64,000 nucleotides of DNA, taken from the NCBI GenBank assembly GCA_030680695.1, contig JAUXUT010000149.1:536324-600323 (forward strand), in the 5' to 3' direction. Numbering within the stretch: position 1 is the first letter of the stretch; every line of letters begins with the position of its first letter. The notes under the pieces are model-generated. The model was not told where the DNA came from. It worked only from the letters and a program-made list of their open reading frames with translations, and searched no databases. The translations under genes were made by a program, and so were the position numbers. The DNA is from a bacterium (GTDB lineage: Bacteria > Patescibacteriota > Minisyncoccia > Phycocordibacterales > UBA6065). Of the stretch, positions 1 through 10,350 are shown piece by piece.

Positions 1-57
1 AATCCCTTGTGCGCAGATATCATACCTAATGGCCGATAAAGAACGGCTGAAGATTTA

Positions 58-870
58 TTAAAAACCGAGTTTCCACAATGCGTTCGCGTTCTCGACAAGC
101 TGTCGACGAAACGGGACTGGGTCTTCGCCTTTGATGCTCGCCATTTTGTCTGCTACTTCTCGCACAAAAATAGGCTCGCATCTTTTGCCCCGGTTCGGTA
201 CCGGAGCGACATACGGACAGTCAGTTTCAGACATGATACGGTCATTGGGTACAGCTTTCACCAAAGCCTCATACTGCTTGGCAAAAGTCACAACACCTGT
301 GAACGACAAGTGGAAACCAAGGTCAATGAATGCTTTGGCTTGTTCGACCGAACCAGCAAAAAAATGTGCGTCGCCACGAAGTTTATCCCCCGCCTTGGCT
401 TTGTACTCGGTCAATATCGCGAGCGTATCATCATATGCATCCCTATCCGCGCCAGATCGCACATGAAGCATAAGTGGCAGGTCGAGCTTGAGGGCGAGAT
501 CGATCTGCTCTAGAAATACCTTCTTCTGCAAGGCGCGACCGACCTCGTCTTTCGTATGGAAATAATCTAGTCCACATTCGCCAATACCGACAACCTTACC
601 CTTTGGTGCAAATGCAAATGATTCGCAATAAGCCGACGCATCGAATTTCTCTTCTTCTACATGGATTGGATGAAGGCCGATGATGGCGTAAACACCTTCA
701 GGATATTCACGTGTCATATCAATCGCTTTCTTGGACATATCTAGTCCTGTGCCGACATTTATCATCCAGACCTTTGCATCGAGGGCACGTTTTATCGTCT
801 CGTGCCTGTCGCCATCAAAATCGCGAAAATTAACGTGGGAGTGGATGTCTATGTATTCAGGGCGATTCAT
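58..870 (-). CDS. tatD: TatD family metal-dependent hydrolase/DNase
   Basis: 270 aa ORF; N-terminal IDIHSHVNF/ HxH motif and overall TatD-like layout (DxH..E..H..D). Confidence 0.8.
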   Translation of the reverse strand: MNRPEYIDIHSHVNFRDFDGDRHETIKRALDAKVWMINVGTGLDMSKKAIDMTREYPEGVYAIIGLHPIHVEEEKFDASAYCESFAFAPKGKVVGIGECGLDYFHTKDEVGRALQKKVFLEQIDLALKLDLPLMLHVRSGADRDAYDDTLAILTEYKAKAGDKLRGDAHFFAGSVEQAKAFIDLGFHLSFTGVVTFAKQYEALVKAVPNDRIMSETDCPYVAPVPNRGKRCEPIFVREVADKMASIKGEDPVPFRRQLVENANALWKLGF

Positions 871-885
871 GAGTACAGCCTACCC

Positions 886-2355
886 TTATTCCTTGCGTAG
901 GAAAAGCGGCGCATCAGGCATCTTGTTGTCTCGCGCCATCGTATATATAGCCTCGGCGGTTTGCGGCATGATCGGTCTCAACAGAACCGCGATCTCGGCC
1001 ACGCGAAGCACGAGGTCCTTAATAATTTCCTGCGCAGCGGTTTTGTCGGTCTTAACGAGCTTGAACGGTGCCTTTTCTTGTATAAGAGCATCGGCCTCGC
1101 CTATCTTTTTCCACACGATGCTGGTAGCTGCAGATATATCGAATGAATCTAACGCCTTTGCGTACGCAGGGTCTGCAACAACATCGGTAAGAAGAACGGG
1201 CCCATCGAGATTTGTCGATGCCATCTTCATGACACGGCTCGCCAAATTACCTATGCCATTTGCAAGGCCAGAATTGTACGAGGCTTTAAAACGTTCGATG
1301 GTGAACGGCGAGTCCTCGAACGAGCCAATTTCGCGTGCAAGAAAATATCGCAGGGTGTCAGTGCCGTATTCATTGACGACGTCGAGCGGACTGACTGCAT
1401 TGCCGAGAGATTTCGACATCTTCACGCCGCCTTCAGCTGTGATGAATCCATTAATGACAATGGTGTGACTATTTGGGAGACCTGCCGCGAAGAGCATCGC
1501 TTGCCACATAGCCGATTGGAATCTGGTATTGTCCTTGCCGCAATACTGCGTCGGGGTGCCATTGGTCCAAAAACGTTCGAATGTTGCCGCGTCGTCTGGC
1601 CATCCAAAAGTTGATATGTAACTCGTAAGTGCATCAAACCACACATACATGACATGATCTTCATCACCTGGAACCGGTACTCCCCATGCCATCTTGGATT
1701 TGAGGCGCGATATGCTGAAATCTTCGAGGCCACGCTTCACGAACTCGCGCATCTCGTTGAGACGGAATCCTGGAACCACATAGCTCCTTCCCTCTTTCTC
1801 TGCGGCGTCATAAAGGGCGAGCAGTTTGTCACCAAACGATGAATACTTGAAGAAATAATTCTCCTCTTCGCGAATTTCTAGATCACGATTCTGGTGTATT
1901 GGGCATTTGCCGTCCACTAGGTCAGATTCGGTCTTGTTTTCTTCACACCCAACACAGTATTTGGCCTTATATGCTTTCTTATATATAAATCCGTTGGCCT
2001 GCACAAGTTTCCAAAACTCTGTCGCGGCCTTCTCGTGCTTCGCCTCGGTGGTGCGTATGAAATGAGGCTCAACGGCCCCCTCGCCCACACCAAGACCAAG
2101 CTTCGGCAGAAGCTCTTTGAAGGTTTGTGCATATGCGTCAACATATTCCCGAACGGGTTTCCCTTCTTTCTGTGCAGCCTCGTATAGTTTCTGGCCGTGC
2201 TCGTCGGTGCCGGTGTTGAAATAAACATCGTATCCTTGCGACTTCTTCCAACGAGCAATAATGTCGGCGCGCACGAATTCAAGCGCGTGACCCATATGGG
2301 CCTCGGCATTCACGTATGGGAGTGTCGTCGTTATGTAGAAAGGCTTTGCTGACAT
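886..2355 (-). CDS. metG: methionine--tRNA ligase (short form)
   Basis: 489 aa; class I aaRS HMGH (HIGH) motif near N-terminus, KMSKS motif (VKMSKSLGN), Zn knuckle CVGCEENKTESDLVDGKCP. Confidence 0.9.
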   Translation of the reverse strand: MSAKPFYITTTLPYVNAEAHMGHALEFVRADIIARWKKSQGYDVYFNTGTDEHGQKLYEAAQKEGKPVREYVDAYAQTFKELLPKLGLGVGEGAVEPHFIRTTEAKHEKAATEFWKLVQANGFIYKKAYKAKYCVGCEENKTESDLVDGKCPIHQNRDLEIREEENYFFKYSSFGDKLLALYDAAEKEGRSYVVPGFRLNEMREFVKRGLEDFSISRLKSKMAWGVPVPGDEDHVMYVWFDALTSYISTFGWPDDAATFERFWTNGTPTQYCGKDNTRFQSAMWQAMLFAAGLPNSHTIVINGFITAEGGVKMSKSLGNAVSPLDVVNEYGTDTLRYFLAREIGSFEDSPFTIERFKASYNSGLANGIGNLASRVMKMASTNLDGPVLLTDVVADPAYAKALDSFDISAATSIVWKKIGEADALIQEKAPFKLVKTDKTAAQEIIKDLVLRVAEIAVLLRPIMPQTAEAIYTMARDNKMPDAPLFLRKE

Positions 2356-2383
2356 TGATTTGGTCTATACTCCGAAACTAGTT

Positions 2384-3490
2384 CTAAGCGGTCGAGGTTC
2401 TGCTTTTATGTATGTCATCGAGGAATTCCACGAGCATGGAAGAAAGTGGAACCGACAAGATCATGCCGAGAAGTCCGGCGAGCTCGAAACCGATGAGGAG
2501 CGAAAGAATAACGAGAATCGGTGGAACGCCAACAATTTTCTTTACGACAAGCGGATAAATGAGATGATTCTCGAACTGTTGGATGATGAGATACAATCCA
2601 GCAACAATGAGCGCGGCCGATGTACCGCCGTCAACATATCCAGCAGCAACCGCGGGGATGGCTGCAATGATCGGGCCGAATAGCGGTATCATTTCCAATA
2701 TTGCTGCGAGTACGGCAAAGAGAAGCGCATTTTTTATACCAAGCACCGTAAGGCCAAGGTACACAAGCACACCAACCACAAGGGCGAGCACAATTTGGCC
2801 TTGCATCCACAAACCAATTTTTGTTTGTGTCCTTTTCCAGAGACCGATGACGTAGACCTCGTGCTTTCGTGGTGCGACGATACGTAAGAATTTCTCTATA
2901 CCGTCTTCTTGAACGGCCAAGTAAAAAGATAGAACGATAATGAGTATGAATGAGAGGATGCCACCGAAAGCCGAGCTCGCCGAATGGACGAATCCGGCAG
3001 ACACGCTTGAAATGGCCTCGTCGATGCCTGAAACAAGACTTGAAACGGATATTCTGCCCGAGTCGGTTTGAACCGCGGCACGAGACGCTTCGATGTCATT
3101 AGACACGCTCACAGCAACCGCAGACGCACGTTCAACTTCTTCCTCGCCAAAAGGATTCCATAGAGACACACTGTTGATATAGTCGGGTACGGAGCTAAGA
3201 AACGCCGACGTGTCCCGCAACAGTGGTGGAACGAAATAATAGAAGGCGCTTACAAACATGACGCCAAGAAGGGCGTAGATAATGAGTACCGAAAATACGC
3301 GCGGTATACCGTGGCGAATAATCCATTTCGCGGCCGGCTCGACTGCCGAGGCAATAACAACAGCAGTAAGCACAACGAGTACGAGACCCTTGAGTTGGAA
3401 GAGCAAAAAGGCCATGAATATGAGGAATATGGCCTTGGCAATAGTGCCAGCGGTTATCTCGATGTTGAATGTTTTGGGCGCCTCTTGCAT
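2384..3490 (-). CDS. AI-2E family transporter (PerM/UPF0118) membrane protein
   Basis: 368 aa polytopic membrane protein with typical AI-2E arrangement of hydrophobic segments. Confidence 0.7.
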   Translation of the reverse strand: MQEAPKTFNIEITAGTIAKAIFLIFMAFLLFQLKGLVLVVLTAVVIASAVEPAAKWIIRHGIPRVFSVLIIYALLGVMFVSAFYYFVPPLLRDTSAFLSSVPDYINSVSLWNPFGEEEVERASAVAVSVSNDIEASRAAVQTDSGRISVSSLVSGIDEAISSVSAGFVHSASSAFGGILSFILIIVLSFYLAVQEDGIEKFLRIVAPRKHEVYVIGLWKRTQTKIGLWMQGQIVLALVVGVLVYLGLTVLGIKNALLFAVLAAILEMIPLFGPIIAAIPAVAAGYVDGGTSAALIVAGLYLIIQQFENHLIYPLVVKKIVGVPPILVILSLLIGFELAGLLGMILSVPLSSMLVEFLDDIHKSRTSTA

Positions 3491-3502
3491 GGGCCCATCA
3501 TA

Positions 3503-4774
3503 CTATGCGGTTAGCGCTTTTGAAACCGCAGATTTGTCGATTCCCTTCCCGATTGCGGCAAAGGTCAGTTTCTTTGGATCGAACATGAAATTAGCAACGC
3601 GTCGGACGTCGGTTGGTGTAATAGCGGCAATAATGGCGTCGATTTCTTCCGGTGTTCGTATCTTATCGGACGTTATTTCCTGCACCCCAAAGAATTCTGC
3701 CACGCTGTCGGAAGTCTCGAGGCCCATGAGCTTGCCCGCCCTCATGATTTCTTTAACCTTGGCGAGTTCATGATTTGGCACATCCTCATCACAAAGTTTT
3801 TTGGCCTCGGCCAGGATTGCCGCGGCAATTTCCGGCACACGTGAATGGGTAGTGCCAGTTGCGATAGTGAAATTTCCGAACGAGCGACGGGTCTCGTGGC
3901 TCGCCGACACGTAATATCCCGAACCCAATTCGTCACGCAGACGCACAAACAGGCGCGAACTCATTCCTCCAACCAATATGGCGCGTATGACAGATGCGAT
4001 GTATCGATCTGGGTGTGACTTATTAAAGGTTCTCCATGATACGAGAATATGGGCCTGATCAGTTTCCTTATCAAGATAAACTTCTTCTGGGCCTTCCTGT
4101 ACACGGTCGCGCGTCGCAAATTCTGGTCCAATCACCCCTTCATCGGCTTTGGCAAAAGCTTTCTCGGCCCAAGAAAGCATCTTTGTTTCCTCAACACCGC
4201 CTGCAATTATGACTGCGGTATTGGCCGCCTTATACTGGCAAGACCGATACTTTATTAAATCATCGCGCGTTATGGACGATACCGTTTCCTTGGTTCCAAT
4301 AACAGACCGCTCGGCTGGCTCTCCCTTGTACATATGAATGCGCAGGGCGTCGGCGACTTTTTCCTGGTTATCGTCGTTGTACATGTCTATTTCGCCCAAC
4401 ACGACGCCCTTCTCTTTCGCTATCTCCTTATCTGGGAATATTGAATCGAGATATATGTCAGAGACAATGTCTGCGACTTTTTCGAAATGTTTAATGTCGG
4501 CCTTCGCATAGTAAGCCGTGATTTCTTGATCGGTGAAAGCGTTGTACACCGAACCCATGTTGTCGAGCTCCGTAGATATAGCAGTCGCAGCCGGACGTTT
4601 CGTTGTGCCTTTAAAGCACATGTGTTCCAAAAAATGCGAAATACCGGACTTCTCAGGATCTTCGTAAAAACCGCCCGTGCCCACGCCGACGAAGACAGTA
4701 ACGGTAGGGTTGGCCGGCATAGGAACCGTAATCACGCGGGTGCCGTTTTTTAGGATGGTGCGAGTGTGTTTCAT
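3503..4774 (-). CDS. M16 family zinc peptidase (pitrilysin/insulinase-like)
   Basis: 423 aa; inverted zinc motif HFLEH (HxxEH) near N-terminus. Confidence 0.8.
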   Translation of the reverse strand: MKHTRTILKNGTRVITVPMPANPTVTVFVGVGTGGFYEDPEKSGISHFLEHMCFKGTTKRPAATAISTELDNMGSVYNAFTDQEITAYYAKADIKHFEKVADIVSDIYLDSIFPDKEIAKEKGVVLGEIDMYNDDNQEKVADALRIHMYKGEPAERSVIGTKETVSSITRDDLIKYRSCQYKAANTAVIIAGGVEETKMLSWAEKAFAKADEGVIGPEFATRDRVQEGPEEVYLDKETDQAHILVSWRTFNKSHPDRYIASVIRAILVGGMSSRLFVRLRDELGSGYYVSASHETRRSFGNFTIATGTTHSRVPEIAAAILAEAKKLCDEDVPNHELAKVKEIMRAGKLMGLETSDSVAEFFGVQEITSDKIRTPEEIDAIIAAITPTDVRRVANFMFDPKKLTFAAIGKGIDKSAVSKALTA

Positions 4775-4893
4775 GCCCTTAAGTGTAGCATTATGGCCCT
4801 ATCTTTGTGCTTGACTTTTTATACTAATGTGTGATATAATAGAATGATAGATTCATTTCACAACAAACAAAACAGGCGCGCGACCTGAACGGG

Positions 4894-5172
4894 TTGGATA
4901 CCCGAATTCGCGCTGTCATAAAAATGAAAAGCGTACTGTTATTCTTTCTGCTAACGCTCGCAATTTCCCCGATCGCAGAAGCTCGAGGGAGAACTTATCT
5001 TCCTGGACGCATCTCCAAGGAAAGAATCGAGCAGCAGAAAAGAGAAGCTGAGAAAGCCAAAACTTTCTTCATATACTTCTGGGGCGCAGTAATCTCCATC
5101 GGATCTTGCTGGTTCATCGCATCGGTGGCTGAATCAATCGTCAGCACACCGAAAAAAGGCCGTCCTGTGTGA
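4894..5172 (+). CDS. small hypothetical membrane/secreted protein
   Basis: 92 aa ORF with N-terminal hydrophobic segment and a second hydrophobic segment; no recognisable family. Confidence 0.25.
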   Translation: MDTRIRAVIKMKSVLLFFLLTLAISPIAEARGRTYLPGRISKERIEQQKREAEKAKTFFIYFWGAVISIGSCWFIASVAESIVSTPKKGRPV

Positions 5173-5205
5173 CGGACTTTCTGTTTAAGTAACTATCTGG
5201 TCCTA

Positions 5206-6561
5206 TTATCTGCCCAGCTTCTGCGCGAGATACGATACCAGGTCATCGAGCTTCACGCTTTCCTGTGCGCCGGTGTCGCGATCGCGAACGGTGACGGGTG
5301 ATCCATCCTTTTCAATAGTGGCGAAATCAACGGTGACACAGAACGGTGTGCCGATTTCATCTTGCTTGCGGTATCGCTTGCCGATTGATCCAGTGGTGTC
5401 ATATTCAACGGTGCTGCCATTTTTCGCGAACTCCTTGCGCAAAACCTGATGCAACTCCTTGGCCTTGGCCGTGAGGGCGTCTTTATTTTTTAGAAGTGGA
5501 AACACGGCGACTTTAATCGGGGCGACTGCCGGCGAAAGTTTGAGGTATTCGCGCTTCTCTCCCCCGAGCTCGTCCTGGGTATACGCCGATGTCAGCACGG
5601 CGAGCACGGTGCGGTCGACGCCGAACGACGGCTCGATGCAGTGCGGCACGAAGCGAACTTTCTTTTCCTCGTCGTAATATGACAAGTCCGTGCCGGACGC
5701 AGTGCTGTGCGCCTTGAGGTCAAAGTCGGTGCGATAAGCGAGACCGTACAACTCTGTCTTGCCAAACGGATAATCGAATTCAAAGTCGATAGTTCGTTTC
5801 GAGTAATGAGCAAGGTCACCAGGTGCGATTTCGTGCTCGTGGACCTTGTCCTGTGGTAAGCCGACGTCTTGTGTGTATGCGTGGACCTCTTTCACGAAAT
5901 GATTAAACGTCTCTTCCCAGTTTGCTGGATCAACGAAGTATTCGATCTCCATCTGCTCGAATTCGCGAGTGCGGAATATAAAGTCACGCGGAGAAATTTC
6001 GTTTCGGAATGCCTTGCCGATTTGAGCCATGCCGAACGGGAGCTTCGGGTGCATGGTATCGAGGACATTTTTAAAGTTCACGAACATGCCCTGGGCTGTT
6101 TCTGGGCGCAGATATGAAACTGATGACTCGTCCTGGGTCGCGCCAACATTAGTTTGAAACATCATGTTGAACTGACGTTCTTCGCCAAGCTTGCCACCGC
6201 ATTCTGGGCACTCCTTTTTGTCGCGGAGGGTCGCTTCGAGCTGATCGGCGCGGAATCGACGTTTGCATTTCGCGCACTCGACGAGCGGGTCAGCAAAACC
6301 ACCAACGTGTCCAGACGCCTTCCAGACATTCTGATTCATGAGAATCGCTGCATCCATGCCGTACATATCATCACGGTCATCAACGAAACGTTTCCACCAG
6401 AGCGTCTTTATGTTGTTTTTAAGAGCAACACCAAGTGGGCCATAATCCCAAGTTCCGGCAAGGCCGCCATAGATTTCTGAACCTTGGAATATGAAACCTC
6501 GCCTCTTGAGAAGAGATGAGAGGTTTTCCATGACGTCTGGCTGGGTTGGTTTATTGCTCAT
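5206..6561 (-). CDS. glyQS: glycine--tRNA ligase (dimeric, class II)
   Basis: 451 aa; conserved GlyRS N-terminus (RRGFIFQGSEIYGGLAGTWDYGPLG), class II motifs. Confidence 0.9.
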   Translation of the reverse strand: MSNKPTQPDVMENLSSLLKRRGFIFQGSEIYGGLAGTWDYGPLGVALKNNIKTLWWKRFVDDRDDMYGMDAAILMNQNVWKASGHVGGFADPLVECAKCKRRFRADQLEATLRDKKECPECGGKLGEERQFNMMFQTNVGATQDESSVSYLRPETAQGMFVNFKNVLDTMHPKLPFGMAQIGKAFRNEISPRDFIFRTREFEQMEIEYFVDPANWEETFNHFVKEVHAYTQDVGLPQDKVHEHEIAPGDLAHYSKRTIDFEFDYPFGKTELYGLAYRTDFDLKAHSTASGTDLSYYDEEKKVRFVPHCIEPSFGVDRTVLAVLTSAYTQDELGGEKREYLKLSPAVAPIKVAVFPLLKNKDALTAKAKELHQVLRKEFAKNGSTVEYDTTGSIGKRYRKQDEIGTPFCVTVDFATIEKDGSPVTVRDRDTGAQESVKLDDLVSYLAQKLGR

Positions 6562-6588
6562 GCTTTTATAAATAAGTTTCTTTTGATA

Positions 6589-8550
6589 TTAAGGTTGTAC
6601 GATGTCGTCTCCGTTTTTCCAATACAGATCGGTCGAGATTCGGGTGGTGAGTGCGGCGGCGGTCGATCGAACAATCACGCCAGCAAACGAGTCTGTTCCG
6701 GTGACTTGGGTCTGACTGAGAAGTCCTGGGGCTATACCGACATCGGACAGACTTGGTACAAGGCCGACCTGGAACGATACCTGTTTCGGTGCAGAGTTTG
6801 CAGGAATGTCTCCGATAAGCCATGTGACCTGGCCGCCTACGGTGTTGTAGGAAAGGTTAGTATCCGAAGGACTCCACTTACCCAACCATTCAACACCTTG
6901 CGGCAAGATTCCGGCAACCTGCGCATCGCTCACACTATTCGAAGAGTTAGAAACTGTCCATACGATGGTATATGTCGTTTGTTTGTTGACCTGAGGCGGG
7001 ATAGAACCTGAGTTGATGAAAGCTCCCTGGGAATACAAGGCTCGCGAGGTAATGCCAATGCTTGAAGCGAGGCGTGCGGTCCTTGTCACGGCGGTAACAA
7101 CATTACGGGAAACACCCAATTCGTCAGTTCGGCTGCCTGATGCTGAAACGGCTACGGTTACGCTTGGGTTAGAAACTGCTTGTCCTGGAGCCGAGCGCAA
7201 TGAGGCGAATGTGAAGCTAACACGACTCGACTCACCTGGCGCAATGGATGCAAGGCCCTGCACACGGCCCGCTTCCCATATAACGACGTCCCTCGCGGAA
7301 TCATAATATCCACCTGATGCACTGATGGATTTGCGGTCGAGGGCATTGCCTGTGAGTTTCGCCTCGATGCGGGCATTGTCGATACGAGTAGAGCTGTTGT
7401 TAGTCCACGCCACGTCGACACGCACGGTATCTCCTGGCTGGGTGGCGATGTCTCCCCTTACCCCATTGAATGTGAGGTCGATGCCGAGGAACGGCCTCTC
7501 GATCACGAAAGCACGGTCGCGCGAAACGATGACAGTAGCTATTTCGCGCTCATTATTTTCATCCCTTAATCCCACGTTCGCATGGATGACGCGTTCTTCG
7601 CCGTCCTCGCCGGACACAATTGCCTTGAAAGATATGGTTCGACGTGCGCCTGGTGCGAGGTCCCCGATACGCCAAACGTTGTCTCCGTATGCGGGCTTTA
7701 TATCTCCTGGCACAATCTGGAATCCAAATGGGTAGTCGAGTGACAGAAGTAAATCACGCATTGGTTGGGCGCTGTTGGACACGACGGTCACAGATACGTC
7801 GGTGGCTTGTCCTGCAAGAACCCTGTCGAGTGAATCTATGGAAACAATTACTGGCGACGACGAAATCCTGATGTTATAAGGCTTTTCTTTCCTGAATATC
7901 GCGTTCGAATTTGGTGTGCGATATTCGACGATAAATGAAACCTTGCGCTCGTCCCCTTCTTGGCCGAACATTATAGCCGAGATAGATTTCTGCACGACTT
8001 GTCCTGGGGCGATGTCCCCGACCGATACACGTAAACGAGAAAGGTCCTTTGTTGGATTATTCGGATCTTTTGCTCCTTCAGGGAATTGGATGATGAGGTC
8101 AACTAGTTCAATCTTTTCAGCGTTCTTGTTAACAATGGCTGTTGTGAGAAGAATCGGCTCGCCTCCGGTCACAGATGCTGGGCCTTCGATCAAGATGTCA
8201 ATGTTGTTTGCTGAAACGAAATTAGTACCTCGCAAAAGAGAAAATCCTGCTATGGCAAGTGCGATAACAAGAAATGCGCCACAGGCCGCGAGTATAAGTT
8301 TGTATGTTTTGCGGTGGCCACCATCCATATGAGGCATGACGTTCACTGGACCGGACATATCTATGGCCTGTTCAAGTTCCTGATTGGTGTCCTGGTCATT
8401 AGAAACTGGCTCGTTTTGCCAGCCAGACGGTGTGTTGTGAGTTTCCCGGCCCTGTATGTCGTGTCGTTCCGGCTCATGGGCTTCGGAATCTCTCGAATAA
8501 AGGCTTTTTTTGGCCCGGTCGAGCGGGCTTCGCTTGTCGCTTTCAAACAT
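6589..8550 (-). CDS. hypothetical membrane-anchored surface protein
   Basis: 653 aa; charged N-terminal region, single TM (YKLILAACGAFLVIALAIAGFSLL), long Thr/Ser/Val-rich extracytoplasmic region. Confidence 0.5.
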   Translation of the reverse strand: MFESDKRSPLDRAKKSLYSRDSEAHEPERHDIQGRETHNTPSGWQNEPVSNDQDTNQELEQAIDMSGPVNVMPHMDGGHRKTYKLILAACGAFLVIALAIAGFSLLRGTNFVSANNIDILIEGPASVTGGEPILLTTAIVNKNAEKIELVDLIIQFPEGAKDPNNPTKDLSRLRVSVGDIAPGQVVQKSISAIMFGQEGDERKVSFIVEYRTPNSNAIFRKEKPYNIRISSSPVIVSIDSLDRVLAGQATDVSVTVVSNSAQPMRDLLLSLDYPFGFQIVPGDIKPAYGDNVWRIGDLAPGARRTISFKAIVSGEDGEERVIHANVGLRDENNEREIATVIVSRDRAFVIERPFLGIDLTFNGVRGDIATQPGDTVRVDVAWTNNSSTRIDNARIEAKLTGNALDRKSISASGGYYDSARDVVIWEAGRVQGLASIAPGESSRVSFTFASLRSAPGQAVSNPSVTVAVSASGSRTDELGVSRNVVTAVTRTARLASSIGITSRALYSQGAFINSGSIPPQVNKQTTYTIVWTVSNSSNSVSDAQVAGILPQGVEWLGKWSPSDTNLSYNTVGGQVTWLIGDIPANSAPKQVSFQVGLVPSLSDVGIAPGLLSQTQVTGTDSFAGVIVRSTAAALTTRISTDLYWKNGDDIVQP

Positions 8551-8585
8551 AGGGAAAGTATATCATGCGCCCTGACGCGGCCTTA

Positions 8586-9155
8586 TTAGAGCTGGCTTTC
8601 TTGCAGAGCTTTATTAATCGCCGGCACGATGGACTTGATATTCGCCTTTGCAGTTGCAAGAGAGTTGTCTGGCACGAGGCGTTCTATGTCGAGATATCCA
8701 AGTACCGACAGTGCACGTGCGAGGATGAGGCTTTCGAATGCTTGCATGTCTTCGGCTGGAACCTCGCTTTCAAAAAGGCCGGAGAGGGCGGCGAAAAGTC
8801 TATCGTTCTTTTCTTCGCCTTGCACCAGACGTTTGGTTAGGCTGAAAATGCGCGCGCGGGCATTTTGCATGGCGCGTGAAGGCGCCGCGTCCGAACCTGT
8901 TGTGGCTAACGCCACAGGCGTTTCGGGCGCGGCGCCGGTGATTCGCCAGAATTCCTTGCCACGAACAAGAGACAATGAAAGGAACGAATAGTCCGTGAGG
9001 CTGTATCGAAGTTTGGACGCAAGGAGCCTGACACCCTGGGCACGAGCGCGTATGAGTCCGAAATCCTCTGTATATATAAGGTATGTCTTGCTCGTTTCTC
9101 CAGACGGTGTGGACCAGAGAAGGAAACCCTTTGTTGAATAAATGCGATACGACAT
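8586..9155 (-). CDS. recO: DNA repair protein RecO-like
   Basis: Start taken at MSYRIYSTKG; N-terminal OB-fold pattern KGFLLWSTPSGETSKTYLIYTEDFGLIRARAQG matches the RecO N-terminus (GIVL..ygEt..i..ltre.G.i...a.Ga). Confidence 0.5.
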   Translation of the reverse strand: MSYRIYSTKGFLLWSTPSGETSKTYLIYTEDFGLIRARAQGVRLLASKLRYSLTDYSFLSLSLVRGKEFWRITGAAPETPVALATTGSDAAPSRAMQNARARIFSLTKRLVQGEEKNDRLFAALSGLFESEVPAEDMQAFESLILARALSVLGYLDIERLVPDNSLATAKANIKSIVPAINKALQESQL

Positions 9156-9198
9156 GTAGTCAGATTGTATCAAATAGGATTTGGGGTAATGTTGATGC

Positions 9199-10350
9199 AT
9201 GCCAGAGCTACCAGAAGTACAAACAACCGTTGATGGAATCGAAGCCCACACAAAAGGCCTAATAATCGCGGATGCGTGGACAGATTACGGGAGCAAATTC
9301 CATATCGGTAAAAACAATATCGCCAATCCAGAATTTTTCACAAAGTTCCGCAAGTCCGTGAAAGGCGCAAAAATTGCCAAGGCCCATCGCCGCGGCAAAA
9401 ACGTGCTCGTAGACCTCGACAACGGCAAGACGATCATCATCCACATGAAGATGACGGGGCACGTCATGTACGGCTCGTACAAAAAGCTCGCCAAAAAAGA
9501 CCCTCAAGGCGAGCAGTGGAGACCGACAGATTCAAAAAACGCAGCTCTCAATGATCCTTTCAATCGATTCATACACCTCGTCCTTCCCTTCACCAACGGT
9601 AAATCTCTCGTTCTGTCTGATATGCGCAAGTTCGCCAAGGTGTCGCTCGCTGATACCCAGGACTTGGCACTTTCTGAACACTTATCGACCCACGGACCAG
9701 AGCCGCTCGACAAAGACTTCACCGCCGAGACATTCAAGGGTGCATTGATGAAACGTCCTCGCGGCAAGATAAAACAAACGATGATGGATCATACAATCGT
9801 GTCTGGCATCGGAAACATATATTCGGACGAAATACTTTGGCGTGCGGGCGTCCATCCATTGCGTAAAGTCGAGGACGTCAACAACAAAGAATGGAAATTG
9901 CTGTACAAGGCCATGCGCGAAACACTTCTGCGCGGCATAGACTTCGGAGGAGATTCCATGTCTGACTACCGAAACATATTGGGCGAGCGCGGAAAGTTCC
10001 AAAATGAACATAATGCCTATCAAAAAACTGGTGAACGCTGTAAAAAACGCGGCTGTAGCGGAACCATATGCCGTATAAAGGTCGGCGGCCGCAGTGGACA
10101 CTACTGCGACAAACATCAGCACTGGGCTTATAATACCCGCCATGGACATCTTCAAGGGACTATTCAAAGAATTCGGCTGGTTTTTCAACCTTCTCATAGG
10201 CCTCAGCATCATCTGGTTCTTCACCGGCGGATATCTGAGCGAGACGGCCAAGGAAGGACCTTACCTCAAACCACCCGCCCCACTCGATACAGGCGAGGCA
10301 TACGGGGGCAAACTCACCAATACGGCGATAGCGCCAAAACAGACTCTTAA
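9199..10350 (+). CDS. mutM: formamidopyrimidine-DNA glycosylase (Fpg/MutM) with an unusual ~85-aa read-through tail
   Basis: Begins MPELPEVQTTVDG (catalytic Pro2/Glu3); H2TH region; C-terminal zinc finger CKKRGCSGTICRIKVGGRSGHYCDKHQ at ~aa 275-300. No stop codon follows the zinc finger, so the ORF continues to 10350 and overlaps the next gene. Confidence 0.8.
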   Translation: MPELPEVQTTVDGIEAHTKGLIIADAWTDYGSKFHIGKNNIANPEFFTKFRKSVKGAKIAKAHRRGKNVLVDLDNGKTIIIHMKMTGHVMYGSYKKLAKKDPQGEQWRPTDSKNAALNDPFNRFIHLVLPFTNGKSLVLSDMRKFAKVSLADTQDLALSEHLSTHGPEPLDKDFTAETFKGALMKRPRGKIKQTMMDHTIVSGIGNIYSDEILWRAGVHPLRKVEDVNNKEWKLLYKAMRETLLRGIDFGGDSMSDYRNILGERGKFQNEHNAYQKTGERCKKRGCSGTICRIKVGGRSGHYCDKHQHWAYNTRHGHLQGTIQRIRLVFQPSHRPQHHLVLHRRISERDGQGRTLPQTTRPTRYRRGIRGQTHQYGDSAKTDS

